A stretch of 64,000 nt of DNA from Phoronis australis (lineage: Eukaryota; Animalia; Phoronida), in contig NMRA01000137.1 in NCBI GenBank assembly GCA_002633005.1, positions 496,001 through 560,000 on the forward strand, written 5' to 3'. This document shows, one piece after another, positions 23,801-37,142 of the stretch. A model generated the notes under the pieces. That model did no database searches and was not told the origin of the DNA. It saw only the letters and a program-made list of their open reading frames with translations. Within the stretch, counting starts at the first letter, position 1; each line of letters begins with the position of its first letter. The position numbers were made by a program, and so were the translations under genes.

Positions 23801-25827
23801 AGTGAAATCTAGATTGAATTCTAAATATTATTGAAAATAAGTAGGGATCTTTTCATGCAACGCACGCAATTAAAGGAGTAAGTTCCTCACTGTTTTGATT
23901 AAATTAAGGGCTCACTTATTAATTATATTATTAGAAAATGTCATTAGTCAAAGAAGAGCTCATAGTAAAGATTAAATTATAGAAAAAATATTACACCTAT
24001 GCCTAAAGAACGAAACAAATACGAAAAATATTTAGGGACCTTAGTTGAGTCCCTATTAGGGACTCTTTCATGCAACGGGGCACAGGAGGCTGCCCCCCCC
24101 CCCCTTGGCTGCGCAAAAAATAAAACAGCGAGAGCGTCGGGAAATGTTGAGTTTATTAATTAACCCCTGTAATTAAAATTATACGGATGAAACAAGATTT
24201 AAATGTGTGCAGTTTAAATGTTTGGGGGGCTCAGATCTAATTTCAAGTGTCAAAATTCGGAGCACGGCGCCATCGTAACGGAACTATGGCTAAGTATAGG
24301 CTCTCTCGCGATATCCCAGGCGACCGGCAGTGGCGCTGGGCACTACGACTCCGTTTCCGTCGTCTGCTCCACTGTGCAATGAAGAAAATTACTTCATTTT
24401 TTAATGAAAATGGAATCTGAGTGATGATGAAAAAAACAAAAGCTGCGGGTAAGATGTCGAAGCCTTAGTGAATCACTCAGAAACTCATAATTTTCTCTTT
24501 GTCAAATCTTAACTTAAGACGATTTCCAAAGCAATCGTGTCATTATTGCAAACACAAAAATTGAAGACTATTTGAAATACAACAAATTTGTCACGAACTG
24601 ATATCACAAAATATAAAACATGTAATAAGCATTACAAAAAGAAGGAGGTTTCGCGCGCAAACGATGTAGACTGTAAACAAGTAGGTCTCTTAGTACTAAA
24701 GAATGAGTTAAATCGTGGTGGTGCAGTGGTAAGGCACGCGCCCTCTATTCGCCAGGTCGTGAGTTCGAGCCTGATATACTTGTAATTTTTCCAGTGTGAC
24801 ACTTTCTCCGTGTGTTTTCTTTGCCTTATTTTCTTAGGTAATACTTCGGGAATCAAGGGAAAAAAAGAAAAACCTCCCCCATTCGGTGCTATGCGCTTCT
24901 ACATTCGTGCTTTGAGCAAATGCTTACATACAAAATATTGGGCCCCCTTGTGATATCCTAGATCCGCCACTGTGTTTGGTACTAAATCTAAGATTTGATT
25001 TAACTTTTGCCATTACTAGATGAATTTTCTTTAAAGCGGAAATGAACTGAGCTTCCAATTACAAAAATTATGACTTCGGCAATTCAACCTAAATTGGCTT
25101 CAAAGTGTCCTTAAGCGAACTGAATGCACCTCTAGGGTTTCTGAAGAGTTGGCTGATCGTTATCTCTTGGTTCTACAAACTGACCTGTCACGTGTGTCGA
25201 GCGTGATCTCAAGAAACAGCGACATGTCAACTCTTTGCAAACTCAGAAATCCCTTTTAGTCTGAGTGAGAAAAAACGAGGCCAGTTTTAAAGAAACAATA
25301 ACGTTGAGTGGTCTTAAATAAAAGTTGGTTTTACGACAGAAGGCGGACTAACAGCCGCTTTGAAATTAAAAATTTCCTAAAACGATCATTGTTTTTCCTT
25401 TTGATGGAGTGTTTTGGTGGATCAGTAAACTTCAGATAGGGATAGATAAAGGCCAGCTATACTCTGCATGGTTTCCATGTGAGAGTGCCTACATCTTGCG
25501 ACACGTTTTTGTTTCCTGCCAGAAAACCAGCCTCCAACGAACCAAGCAATGTCGCCGCCTGGCATGATGTTTCCCACAACACCACAACGGCAAGGGTATG
25601 GGACACCGCCGCCAATGCCGGGGTACGGCGCGCCTGCACCGACGGGATACGGCGCGCCTGCGCCGCCTGGATACGGGGCGCCTGCACCGCCGGGATACGG
25701 CGCGCCTGCACCGCCGGGATACGGCGCGCCTGCACCGCCAAGATACGGCGCGCCTCCACAACAGGAAGTACCAAATTACGGAGTGCCTGCTTCTAGTAAT
25801 CCTCAACAAGCGGAAACGTGGACATGA
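14706..25827 (+). CDS. Gene B: complete ~332-aa type I membrane protein (signal peptide, CUB-like domain, TM, GYGAPAPP repeat tail); exons 14706-14817, 16867-16911, 17236-17474, 18563-18701, 23364-23522, 25523-25827
   Basis: Six exons total 999 nt with no internal stop and all GT/AG junctions phase-compatible; AATAAA signals near 25898 and 25909. Confidence 0.82.
16113..16364. mobile_element. MITE; related ends at ~23645-24082 and ~8050
   Basis: TIR cagcgacccgttccaacaaaactgactta / ctggggcctgttccaagaaattgactta. Confidence 0.65.
16867..16911 (+). CDS. Gene B 45-nt microexon (KIRDTCDGSDGFLN)
   Basis: Acceptor tgctttccag, donor gtgaga; symmetric phase 1-1, so it is skippable. Confidence 0.5.
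16920..17084. mobile_element. Short CA...TG MITE next to the microexon donor
   Basis: cataggcagatccag / ctggttcctcccctg termini; flanks agaga / tgaga. Confidence 0.55.
17236..17474 (+). CDS. Gene B exon, N-terminal part of CUB-like domain
   Basis: Acceptor gctatttcag, donor gtaggt; two Cys spaced like CUB C1/C2, followed by V-L-K-V-R-V-K-R-F-D and L-H-L-I-D strands. Confidence 0.82.
18563..18701 (+). CDS. Gene B exon, C-terminal part of CUB-like domain (TKVLNRT...YTSGTKVVVKL...TFAGVSFEITIAVS)
   Basis: Pyrimidine-rich acceptor, donor gtacgt; homologous to 3050-3185. Confidence 0.85.
18922..20278. mobile_element. Tc1/mariner-type non-autonomous element
   Basis: Perfect 18-bp TIR CAGTACAGCCACTGAATT, TA on both sides, sub-terminal gcgtga micro-repeats. 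Confidence 0.82.
21044..21505. mobile_element. Fold-back MITE with ~120-bp TIRs and 8-bp TSD
   Basis: catccgttccaaacg...ttaaatgcaagccgttacatgct mirrored at the right end; flanks agccagcg / ggccagcg. Confidence 0.82.
23364..23522 (+). CDS. Gene B transmembrane exon (LEWWHYLLIAVGIAIVLGVVGFGAI-KTKIAESRRRPAMQIGMVEMAEK)
   Basis: Acceptor atttcag, donor gtaatg; paralogous to 4923-5081. Confidence 0.9.
24716..24780 (+). repeat. tRNA-derived SINE-like head / tRNA pseudogene
   Basis: TGGTGCAGTGGTAA A box and AGTTCGAGCC B box; no full cloverleaf. Confidence 0.45.
25523..25827 (+). CDS. Gene B last exon, tail with 24-nt/8-aa GYGAPAPP tandem repeats
   Basis: Acceptor tttgtttcctgccag; stop TGA ending at 25827. 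Confidence 0.88.
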
Positions 25828-27049
25828 GAACAAATGTTATGGTATCCAGGCCTAATACTCGCAACTTGATTTGATAAACGTTCAATTCATTCTAAAAAAT
25901 AAAAGCATAAATAAATGCCTCTTCCTCTGCTGTTGTTTGATGAATTTCGATTATGAATTGTATTCCTTTGAGACAATATGTAGTTTCTATAAAAACCAGA
26001 TGGTGGGCTATATATGCAAAATCACCAATTTTTTTGAAACTTAGCACATCAGCAATTGACTAAGAATCCCACGCACTGCCTGCAGTGCATGCTAGTCCAT
26101 TTCCAGACCGCCTGGACAAGTCCCTGTATATGCGCTTGAAAAGGACCTCTCAAACTACTAGCAAAGTTCATACTAAAACTAATCAAGATCTTTGAGATCA
26201 TAAGTGAAAAGAGGACGGTGGATACGAGTAGAAGTGTCGTGGTATTGGACCTACAAAGTGTCACGCAATGCTTCTTGTACTACACAAAAGCGGTCGAGCA
26301 TGGTGGCAGTGCGCCAATGGAATTTGCAATTTCAGAAAAATAACAGGTACGGATATTTACGATTGAAAACATAATAACTTCAGTGATATCCAAGGTACCG
26401 GCTTTCCAAACCAGTATTTAAGCAATTGGGTGTTGTTGCGACTTACCAGCTAAAAGTTTCACAATATGTAAATTTCGGTCATGCAGCGGACTCAAAACCA
26501 CAGTTTGTTGAAGGTATGCTAGGTTTAGTGTATGATGCATTTCTACACAACACTTCAAAAAACTGCATTTTGCTTGAAGAAAACAAGAGCTACTGAAACA
26601 CAAAGTCCTTTTATTTTGCTCAGTACTCATGTCTAAGATAGACGTTTCTCAAAACTAAATAATCACTCCTACAAAAATCTCAGTAGTTTCAATAGAATCA
26701 ATCATGTAAAAAGTATGCTTTACGAGTCTCAAACTGAACATAAAACAAAAAAAAAACAAGTAAAAAGTGACAGAAGATTTCAATGTTGACCATCAGTGGC
26801 TTGGATTATTTTCCCCAAACGGCCACCACTCAAATCTCTCCCCCATGGAAGCCCCAAATTTGCGTCATCTTCCATGTTTCCCAATTTCGCCCAGGGTGGA
26901 CCCCAGTCCCCTAGCTACGATAATGATGACCACAACAATATCATAAGAATAGACAACAACTAAAACATGTTCATAATTTCCTACAGCTTACGATGATAAC
27001 TCATTCATGACTTCAAGCTCCAAGTCATTCTTTGAGGCAAACTCGTGGG

Positions 27050-29070
27050 CAGCAGCAGCATCAGCATCTTCAATATTCTGAATATTTCGAATTCGAGACG
27101 TGGCAACCATACGGGAGAAAAATCAAGCAATCTGCTGCTCCGACAGCCACTCTTCAGAGGATAAAACTTTTCCTTGCTTATTCCTGGCTTCTCGCATCAT
27201 CTTTACAACCTCAGCTGGCTGTTGTTTTCTGTCTGACTGTTCACCTTCAGGAAATATATCACTGGGTTAAGTTTTTACCTTCTCAGAGAAGCGAACCACT
27301 TTTCTAATACTTTTCAGGGCCCAATCTTGCGGCGACTTGAAAAACAACGTAAAGGGCAAACAACTCAGGTGATGTTACAGCTGTGGTAGTAGATAACATA
27401 TCAGATTGTCTTGAAATGTGGTCGAACTGAGTCTCGTTCTGGAGGGATGATGAATGAGCACCATCATCCAAGTGCTCATTTAGCTCAGCATCTGTAGGAA
27501 AATATTTTGAGCACCCATAGTGTGTGCATGTGAACTTCGTATGACGTTCACGGGATACCAGCCCCGACTCAACCCTTGGAGTTGTAAAACACTCGAGTAT
27601 TGCAAGGTCAAGACTTCAGAGGCAACAGTTTACATGATTTGTTGATGACAAGTTTTCCCTCCCCTACTCTATAGGCCTTCCATGCTCGAATGCCATCGGC
27701 GGAATACTCAAAGTTTGTCAGCAAACTTATCCTTGAGATACTTTGCTTGAGAAGGACCTTTGGGGCATTCACACTACAGGTTGACTCATAACAGCCTTTG
27801 ACACCTCCTCTAGACTCTAGCGCATGTTTCAGGTCGACTGCATTTTGTTGCCTTCATTGACGAAGTACTTGGCATGGGACTTCAAGGGTGCGATTTTCCT
27901 GTCACAGATGTCTTTCCCCTTTTGACGTTCACTGAAGTCATAGCGCAGAATGGAGATGCCGGTGTTACCAGATAGGTAGAACAAATGAATCAGAAGGGCG
28001 GCTGAATGGTAACAATTGGCATTGTCGGAGCTTCCGTTATTTGTGGATCCCTAAGTTTCACCTTCCTTAGCACATCTAGCGTTAATCAGCAAACAATGAA
28101 AAAGTCTTGCTTGCAGGCATCTAGAGTATAGATGTAAGTATGTGCCGGAAATACAACAATTATTTAACTCAAATAGGTCAGCTTGTTTAAAGAACTACCT
28201 TATTACATCTTATTACCACCTAAACCGCAATCACACCACTCAACTTCAAACATGGTTCGTCTCAACACGTTATTATATCAGTAGCTCCTTCAAAACCTTT
28301 CTAGGGAGGGGGAAATTTCCCCTTCACAAAGATATGAAAATCATCCATAAGTACAAAATGCCGGCTTCAGTTGAAATGAAGGTTTGTGTGCAAAATCTAG
28401 TAAGAGACAAAGAATGCATCACTGTCAAGCTTTTGTTGGGAAAGGGCAAGATAAAGACTAGATATTAAGTGCACACTCCCTGTATCTTGTACTGTTACAG
28501 TAAATCAATATACTAAAAAGAGGTAAAGGCAACTGTTCATCACTGACTTTCTGTTTAATATTGAGCACATCTGAGAATTACTTTGTAACACCTTGAATAC
28601 TAATTGAGGATTTATTTTTACCTGGTGACTTTCACCTTTCTTTGTGATACAAGCCGCCACATGCCATGAGATCCTTTTTTCCAAACCAGTCGGGTTGTGC
28701 CTCACGGAAACTGATGGGTTTGAAATTCATTGCAAAATCCATTACAACCAAAACTTGGTGTGAGGTGAGAGATGACGTCAGATCCTGTTTTGCTTGTTCC
28801 TGGTTTATCCCTCTGGCAATATGCTGTGTGTTCTGGATAATAGCACGTCAATTTTTGTCTAAAGCCAAGTCCAAACTCATGTCGCTGTGTAAATATATCA
28901 CGGCGCATTTCCATTGGTTTGCCACACCAACCTCCTATCTCCAGCTCTGGCAAGAATCAGGTGTAATTCCGATATACTTTCAAACTTCTGTGGCACTTTG
29001 CACGACTTCAGATGACTTCTGACGTCTTTAACACAGCTAATGAAGGCCACATTTTCTCGGCGATTACTCT
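27050..29070 (-). mobile_element. Decayed intron-containing DDD transposase (tentatively Sola3-like) with C2H2 finger
   Basis: Motifs MDFAMNFKPISFREAQPDWFGK..SWH (~28650-28750), SDNANCYHS and YDFSERQKGKDICDRK (~27890-28030), and CTHYGCSKYF...LNEH (~27460-27535); stops and frameshifts. Confidence 0.7.
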
Positions 29071-32000
29071 TTTGTAAAGAAAATTAACCAAATGTACAAG
29101 AAGGAAATTCCTCCATACTCTTGGCAGTGACAGCATAGACTATAATCTATAGTGACAGGAAGTGCATGTAATCTCGAACCCTAAAGTGTTATTGGTAAAG
29201 TTAAACAAAGAATGTAGTATTTTAGAAAATTGGGGTCTCAAAAGTGAAATTTAAAGTTTTGTGATATCGCATTGTTGATATTAGATCATATATTTTAGGT
29301 GATATCTCTAAACTAAAAGAGTAGCCTCAATTCTCTTGTCAGTCATAGTAAGGCCACATCACAAAAATGCCCAAATACGAGGGCCACGTTTAGCTCTAAA
29401 TATATAAGAGACAAGTTTTTTTAAAAGCAATTATCAAAGTTCAATCTTAGAAGTGTCTATACAGAGAATTTCAACTTCAAATATATTCCTACATAGCAGG
29501 CAGGTTAAGCAACATCTTGCCACTAGTGACTGACCTGAAAAGTGGTCTCGGAGTTTTCTCCCCTGCTGGAAATTTAATTATACCTATGAGTTGCAAATTT
29601 CATTTTCTTACTAACCTTACATAAGTCTTTATGACCATCAATGTCAAACTTTGTCACCAGTTTTCCAAGTCTGATTTTTTGCCGTTCAAAAAATGCAGTT
29701 TTACTGACATGAAAAAATGCAAAATATGCCTTTATAGCCAAATAGGTCATATCTCGGTAACCAAAGGTCATTGAGTGCAAATATTGCAGCAGTGTACTTT
29801 GGGCCAGCATCCCAACACATGCACAAAGTATTAGCTATGTATGAATTTTTGAGTATATAGTGATTTTTTATTTTCATATGGTTTTTATATGGAATCATTC
29901 TTAACACTTTATGCCGAAGCAAAGTATTCACATACACCCCCAAGCAAGCTAAGAGTAAGGTCAGAAGATAAGCGGCCTTCATTTCAAACTCAAGCTGCCT
30001 CACAAAGCAATCATTTCACTTACTACCCGGTTCACACGCTAGCTAAAGCACTAGAGCTTGTGCAAGCACTTTCGTTAGAAGCTTTAAACACCAGTCATTC
30101 GCACGGTTGCAAGGGTAAATTTTGCAGGCGCTTTACTGGAAGTAAAACTTAATTAAATTGCATATTATAGTCAAGTCAAGGGTGCTCGCCATACTATGTA
30201 ACAGTAAACTGAAAGGAATTTCCCAGGTCTCAACAAATGGGAATGACTGAATGTTATGACGTCGGTTTCATTGCTTTAACCAATGAGGTGCCATAATAAA
30301 CAACGTTACACTGTGCTACCTTTCGCAGCACTGTGACAGAGTATACGAAAGTCTCTACGAAGCGCAGACAAAACCAGCGCTTTTGTGATGTCATGTCATG
30401 TCAGAATTCAGAACACGGGATGAAGTTTGTTTGGATTCCAAGGAATCGAGAAATGCAAATGACGTGTACGATTTTCTCGCTTAAGTTAGACTTTAATATA
30501 TAGAATAAACACATCACAATTTCTACCGTTTCATACAATAAGACAAGTGCATATCATGGTACATTTTTCAACATTTTTAGAGACGTTGTTATTGCACGTC
30601 GTCTTACATAGCGTATTATTTGTTGGTATACAGTTAATACGTCAATATACTCGTGTTCTGATAATTATGGTGCTTATCCTTATAATCTTATGTTTTTACC
30701 GCTACGTTTTTATCTCGTTTTAAGAAATCGATGTTTCGGTGCCCTCTGGTGTAGGATGTTGAAAGTTGCGCAATTCTTCATGTATATCGTATGCCCCCCA
30801 AAACGACATAGCAAAGTTCATGCAAAATACCCCGGTATTAAGGACAGAAATTGGTGCGGTTTTCCAAAAAGCTGCAAAACATATCAAACATTTGAAAATT
30901 TCTTTTTATTTGAAATAAAATAATTATTTGGAAAAATGTTGAGTTTACGTTAAAACTTTTATTGTTATAGAACACGGCTTAACATTTTACGAAGGTGTCG
31001 TACTATACGCAATAATAAGCTTAATTTGCGGTAAAACAGCAAATTTGAAATTATTAATCTGGCGTCTTTTTCCCCTTGTAATATGTTCAGCTCATTTTGA
31101 AATATTTAGTAGCTATCGACTGTCAACCTCAAAAAGTACAAATATTTTCTGAAACCAAGAGTCACGTCAAATCTGTACAGGCCATTTGCAACACTATGTC
31201 GTACTATGTCAGTAATCAGGCATTTCTAATAATTTTTTATCTGAATGGTACATTGATAAGGAAAATGCCTTTTCACCAATATTCACTCAAGAAACATTTT
31301 GCATGCATTTTGGATGAAAATACTTAAGATCAGTATCTGGCATTTTGTGTAATCAGAACTCGTGTTTTTCATATCAAAAACGCGTTCAGTGTTTAGCACT
31401 TATACTCGTAAGAATAACACGATTTCTGATTTTAAATCGAGCGGGATAAAAACGGAAGCCGACTAATAAAAAATGGGAGACAAGGCGTTCTCATTAATAG
31501 ATTGTGCAGTCAGAAAATCCAAACACGACATGTGCTCTACAAGTAGTGGCTGAAAAACTGCCAGTTTTTTTAAACAGCCGAATATTCACCGTATTGGGAT
31601 TTTTTTTTTCAATTTATGTTCCCTTATGTTTGTTTTACGGTCGTGACAAACACTTTAACCCATTCAAGTTTCCCTCTTTAGTTTATTTTTCAAAGTAACG
31701 TCGAATTTGTTAAAGTGGAAAGACGTAACTTGTGCATTTTAGCACTGAACCTCGAAACACGTTGTCTAGTGCTAATCACGTGATATGTAAATTATTTCCC
31801 GAATGGTGCAATGCCCTATTTCGACCACGTTTGAGTCGAGATGTACATACACCTGGCTTATTGTTTTGAGGCATATTTCACGTTCTTCAATTTATGCAAT
31901 TTGAATAATTACCCCAATCATCATTGCAAATCAATTACAATTATTATTTTAAAAGAAAGGGACAATAAACTAGTATGTGAGACTCAATTTTACAAAGCTG

Positions 32001-34300
32001 ATGCTTATCATACATAAAATACTTGTCACATGACCACGTGAATGACCTGGCAAGACCAGCTGCTTCTGTCACATGTGTTGCAAAAATTGCAGCGATATTT
32101 AGGGTAAGCAAACAGTAAAAAGTAAAGATCCTCGTTTAATGCATAAGTCATTCCTATAGCATGTTACAGCAAGCCTTTAAATCAATAGTTGTGTTAAACT
32201 TGTTCTTAGTTTTACAGTGCAGAATATATTTTCAAATTTAGATCAAAACACCCAGCAGCCATCTTGGATTTCAAACCTATGTAGTTAGAACTTTCGACAA
32301 ATGAGTTCTCTGGTGATAGGTTGCAGATATACTACAATGGGGTGTAGCAAAAAGTTTTGTGCTCAGTAAAAATTTGGCTCGGCAGTATAAGTTACCAAAA
32401 AGGGTGTCGCGTGTTAAAAACGTCTTTATTTAGCAATTTGAATTACATCAATCCAACATAATTTAGTAAACTGTGAAAATAAAATTTAAAGAGAAAAAGG
32501 CTTCTTACTGTTTTTCCAAAGTAGGCAGGGACTGGCAGTTGCGGTTTTGACCATAGAAACAGAACATCCTCAAATTTTCGAATTGTGATTTAGCTTTGCT
32601 TGAAAGGAATTGTATTTTCTAAAAAAATGCAGCGTCAACGCCTAGGGAAAAAGAATCTCGTCCCCAAATCTCCAACCTTTTAATTCTCTCATCCCACTGC
32701 TTCTCAGACGATGTTCCTCGTCCTGACGATAACCGTCTCCATGTTCCCCCACACTTTCCCTCGGGTCTGTGTCCTCCGAAATCAATGTTCCTCAAGCCTT
32801 GTAATTTCTCATCCCATTGATTCAGTTACCTCGTGACCTTTGTGCATCTGGTCCATAAGCTCATAGGTGCATTTTTTTTCGTCTGATCCTCCGAAAAGTT
32901 GGACGAACAAAAGACCACATTTGCAGAATTTGAAAACACAGATTTAATATTGTCTATATCAAGTGAAATTATTAGCGACCATGGATCCAACAGCTGCATA
33001 CGTGAGTATGTCCCAAAAATCCTTGTTGTGATAACAACAACACGTAATATACGCTTGTGATTGCATTGTTTCAAACTTGAAAGTTGAACATTTCCCTAGT
33101 ACAAGTTTTACTTTTTTCATCATTAAGTATGTTAATGAATGTGACCATGTGAACCCTCTGAATTTCTGAGCTTATGATTGGGCAACTAGGCAGCATACAG
33201 CTAAATAATGTTATAGTAGAAAAGAAAGAAAATTTCGTTTTTTACCAAAAGTGTGTAACTTAATCACAAGTGAGAGCTAGTGAGACCGCGTTTTTGGCTT
33301 TAATGCATAGCGATATCTCGCGAGAGCTTGCGTGATCTCGACAAAATGACCAAAAAACTAGCATTAACAGTTCAAGGTTCTCTAAGGGTGACATTTCTGG
33401 TTGAGTTCATTTTGAAAGAATGCATTCTTGCAACAGAACTCTATTATGCATATCACATATTGTTGAGACTTCATCAGTTTCAATTCGATAAATAGCAATT
33501 CTGTAGCGTGAAAAACACTCTGCAAAGGAATTGCGTTTTGGTAAAACAATTTGCATAGAAGCGTGTGGATGCCGTTTAATCATGTGCTCTCACAGATGGC
33601 GTAACTTTCGCGCCGGCTTTCCAAAAAAAGTACATGTAGGTGCACTCACACTTCGTCAAAAGCAGAGTCCCACCCGANCCCCCCCCCCCCCTTCCGAAAT
33701 ACTTACACATTCAAACTCATTGAGGCGAAATCTCTGCTCATTTCACATTCACAAAGAGATCATGTATTTCACGGTGTCTATCCATCAAAAAAAGCTCTTC
33801 TCATGCGTGTAAAAATTTCACCACTCATTCATTGCTTAGCCAAACTTGATTGAGAGTTTCATGGAACCGAACCAATATTCCTTGTCCCTTGTGCCATTTA
33901 GGAATAAGGGACTGGCCATTTAAACGATGGAAAACATCTAAAACAAAAAAGTGACAGCAAAAGAACAAAAGAGGTGGTGATCTGGGTAACTCCCAGTCTT
34001 ACTATCAAGCGTTTGAGTCTGACCAGGTCTCAACTGCAGTTGATTATGCAGGTCATAACAGGTCACTGTAAGATGTAGAAGCACAAAAAACAACAGATCG
34101 AGCAACACAATCCTACTGCACAAAATGCTGGATGGAAGACGAAACGACAGTGCGGCCACGTCACTCGGTGTATGATTTATCAACTCGTTACATAAAAATG
34201 TTATTTTTTAAAGTAAGCCAACCTAAATAAAAAACATTAAATACTACGAAAAATCCTCAAGCTGGCTAGTAGACTCGCTTGGTATGTAAGCAATGACTTG

Positions 34301-34426
34301 AAGTAACGTGTCTGTTGCAATGGGCCTGTAGATGGCGTAAGTAACGTGTCTGTTGCAATGGGCCTGTAGATGGCGTAAGTAACGTGTCTGTTGCAATGGG
34401 CCTGTAGAAGGCGTAAGTAACGTGTC
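34301..34426. repeat. 38-bp minisatellite x3.3
   Basis: aagtaacgtgtctgttgcaatgggcctgtagatggcgt starting at 34301, 34339, 34377 and 34415. Confidence 0.95.
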
Positions 34427-37142
34427 GGCCTTTTGTATTGCGTACTTTGTTTTGCAAAATTCAGACACAATTGTCCTATTATTATTTTTATTATATGTGT
34501 GTTAAATTGACAATTGCTGTTGTCGTGTGGTGTGTTCATATTGTGTCATGGCTTGTCTTTCAAAAACGTCAACGAAAACTAATTAAAAATTTACGCCCGC
34601 TTCTGTCCTACATATTCCTACTATAGCACAATTCCTAATTTATGCATTTTGTAAACAAAACATCTCTACCCCTCCACTAACTCGCTCAGTCAAAACAGGT
34701 TGAAAACCTAAATTCATTACTTTTCCACCAAGAACATCAAATAATTTCAGTAACTGTGTTCGTTTGTATCACGTTGAAACAGCAACTCGCACACGCTTAG
34801 AACTCGAGGGCAGGCGGCAAGGCGCCCTCTTGTAACGTTGGCAGCAGCACTTTCATTCTTCAAAAGACATTCAAGTGGCAGATATATTAAGTTAATGAAT
34901 CCTCAGTAGTGTCACTACTTCGTGATTTTCGGGGGATACGAAACTAGGGTTTGGAAGAGGTGACCGGAGATCAAGACTCCTGACATTTAAGTGCACATAA
35001 AAGCCGTTAAATCGTCCCTTCTCTTTTGGAATCTCAAAAAGTCTAGCTTTTAACACACCTCCCAATTGAGTTGCGCCCTGACAGACTGGCAACGACGACA
35101 ATTGCAAAAATACAAACTTGGCAATTATGATACACCGATCTTTTGGTTAAAGTGATTTTTGGGGTTTTGTGATATATATTCTAGTTAAAAAGGTTCAGTA
35201 CGTGGTTTCAACTGAACTGATGTGAAACCTTGGTTTTCATTTTTATTATGCTATAAGAAGAAACCCACATTCTCAGAATTTAGTAGCCTAAAGAAAGTGA
35301 AGCCATATGCATAACGATGAGTTGTAGAGAAGACAACTATTTTCATAAAATTTGGGCCAAATATTAGCCTAAGGCTTAAAATACACAATTTCGCCCCATT
35401 TCCCCATTTCGGCTCTCAACTTTATCTTTGCTTGTTTGGATTTTTTAATACTAGAGAGACCAGAGCCTTGAGTACGGGAAAATAACATGACGGCGACATC
35501 CCGTTGCTCCCAACTTGTTCGATTGTATAGCCCAACAACAAGTTGGGAAGTTTACCCCCCGTAGCCAATTAACTCCATTCTGGCGTTGATGGTTGGAGGG
35601 CCTGCGCTCTTTTGCTTGATAATTGCTCTAATCTCCGATCAGATCGTATCTAGCCTGACTGGGGTGGGCTGATAAAAATGAAAGTTAAGTTAAGCCAGAT
35701 ATTATCGCACGTTCAGCACCCCTCACGTCTGGAAAAGTTACTGAACGACAGGACGCCGTAATGAAAATAAGCAGTTCCGCGGATGCCGGAACGAACGCTA
35801 AGTGACGACACTCTTCTGCGTCAAAGATGTCTATTCTTTGTCATATGCAGAGTATTTCTCTTTGAGAGACTGGCTATAGCGTCATGTCAATTACACACGG
35901 GCTCGTTCGGTAATCTCAATCACTGGCAAAACGACTGAAATGAAAATTCCTGATTTATGGAACAGAAATACATAATTGCTTCCACCAATTCAACAGTTCA
36001 GCCAGGTCATCGAATCATTTCAGTGGCAGCCACTTTGTACGATGGTAAGTTCGAGAGCTTACTCAAGGAAATCTACGAGGACACTAACGTGATCTTAAGT
36101 CATCTAGCCTCCGATTCAGCATTACGGAAATTATTGCCATTCAAACGTAGTCTTGAGTGCTGGTAAATCTAAGTGAGGAAATCACGGTACATTTCGAGTT
36201 ACATAAAATTAGGCAGGGTGTCAAGATTTTACGTTTTTAGTTTCAACGTCGGCTTTTTGATCAGAAATAATTAACCGATAACTTTTGCTATAGCCTAAGT
36301 TTTAAAGGATCTCCAACCCAGAGTCCTGTTGGAGAACAAAGTGACGGGGTGGCGCTGGAGTTCAAACGTCGTCAGACTGGAAGGAGATTGCAAACTACTG
36401 GGGCACAAACATGATTAGGACTGTTCACGAGGTACCCCCATGCAAGAGAAGCACTTAATCCCACATTAACTTCCACTACAGCGAGCAAGCGGTATAACTG
36501 AATGCACTCGAGATTTGTTTGTTGTTTTTTTCGATATTCGAAACATACATTTCCTCACAAATCGTTTATTCATTAAAACATCATTACATGATAAAATTGA
36601 CAGTCTGACTACACTATCCACGATACTGTTTATTCGTAAACAATGATTTAGATATGGGTTTCAAACTAACGTAATAGGACCTCATGACAAAAGCAGACAT
36701 GATGTGAGCGTGGGATAAAGATGATCTTTTTAAAATGACAATGTATATGTACTAGAAACATTTTTTGACTTTGAAGCGCTTCCGAACAATATTGATTAGT
36801 AACAAAAATAGAATTGTTTTTTGGCAGCCACACGTTACGCCAGGTTAAATTTAATTTATTTTCAAATGCACACAAGAACCTATAGCGGCGAAGAATGGTA
36901 ACTGATATCAGGTTTCTAGAGTTTGTGTGTAACAAATGTTAGCAAGTTGAATTTTCGGATCTCAAAGATACATGGGTCTTGATACTAGCGGCACCTATTG
37001 ACCTTTTAAGGATCTGAGATTTGTGGGATATCTGAAACAGATTGTGAGTCAGCGAGAGAAGATGGACATACATTTCCAGCCAACAGATGGTGAAGAAAAT
37101 AAATCCCAGAATTCTCAAAACCATGAGAAAGTCAAGAATAAC

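Noticed and set aside
34301-34426. 38-bp repeats as a CRISPR array
   Set aside because: Units are contiguous with no spacers; eukaryotic context and no cas genes.
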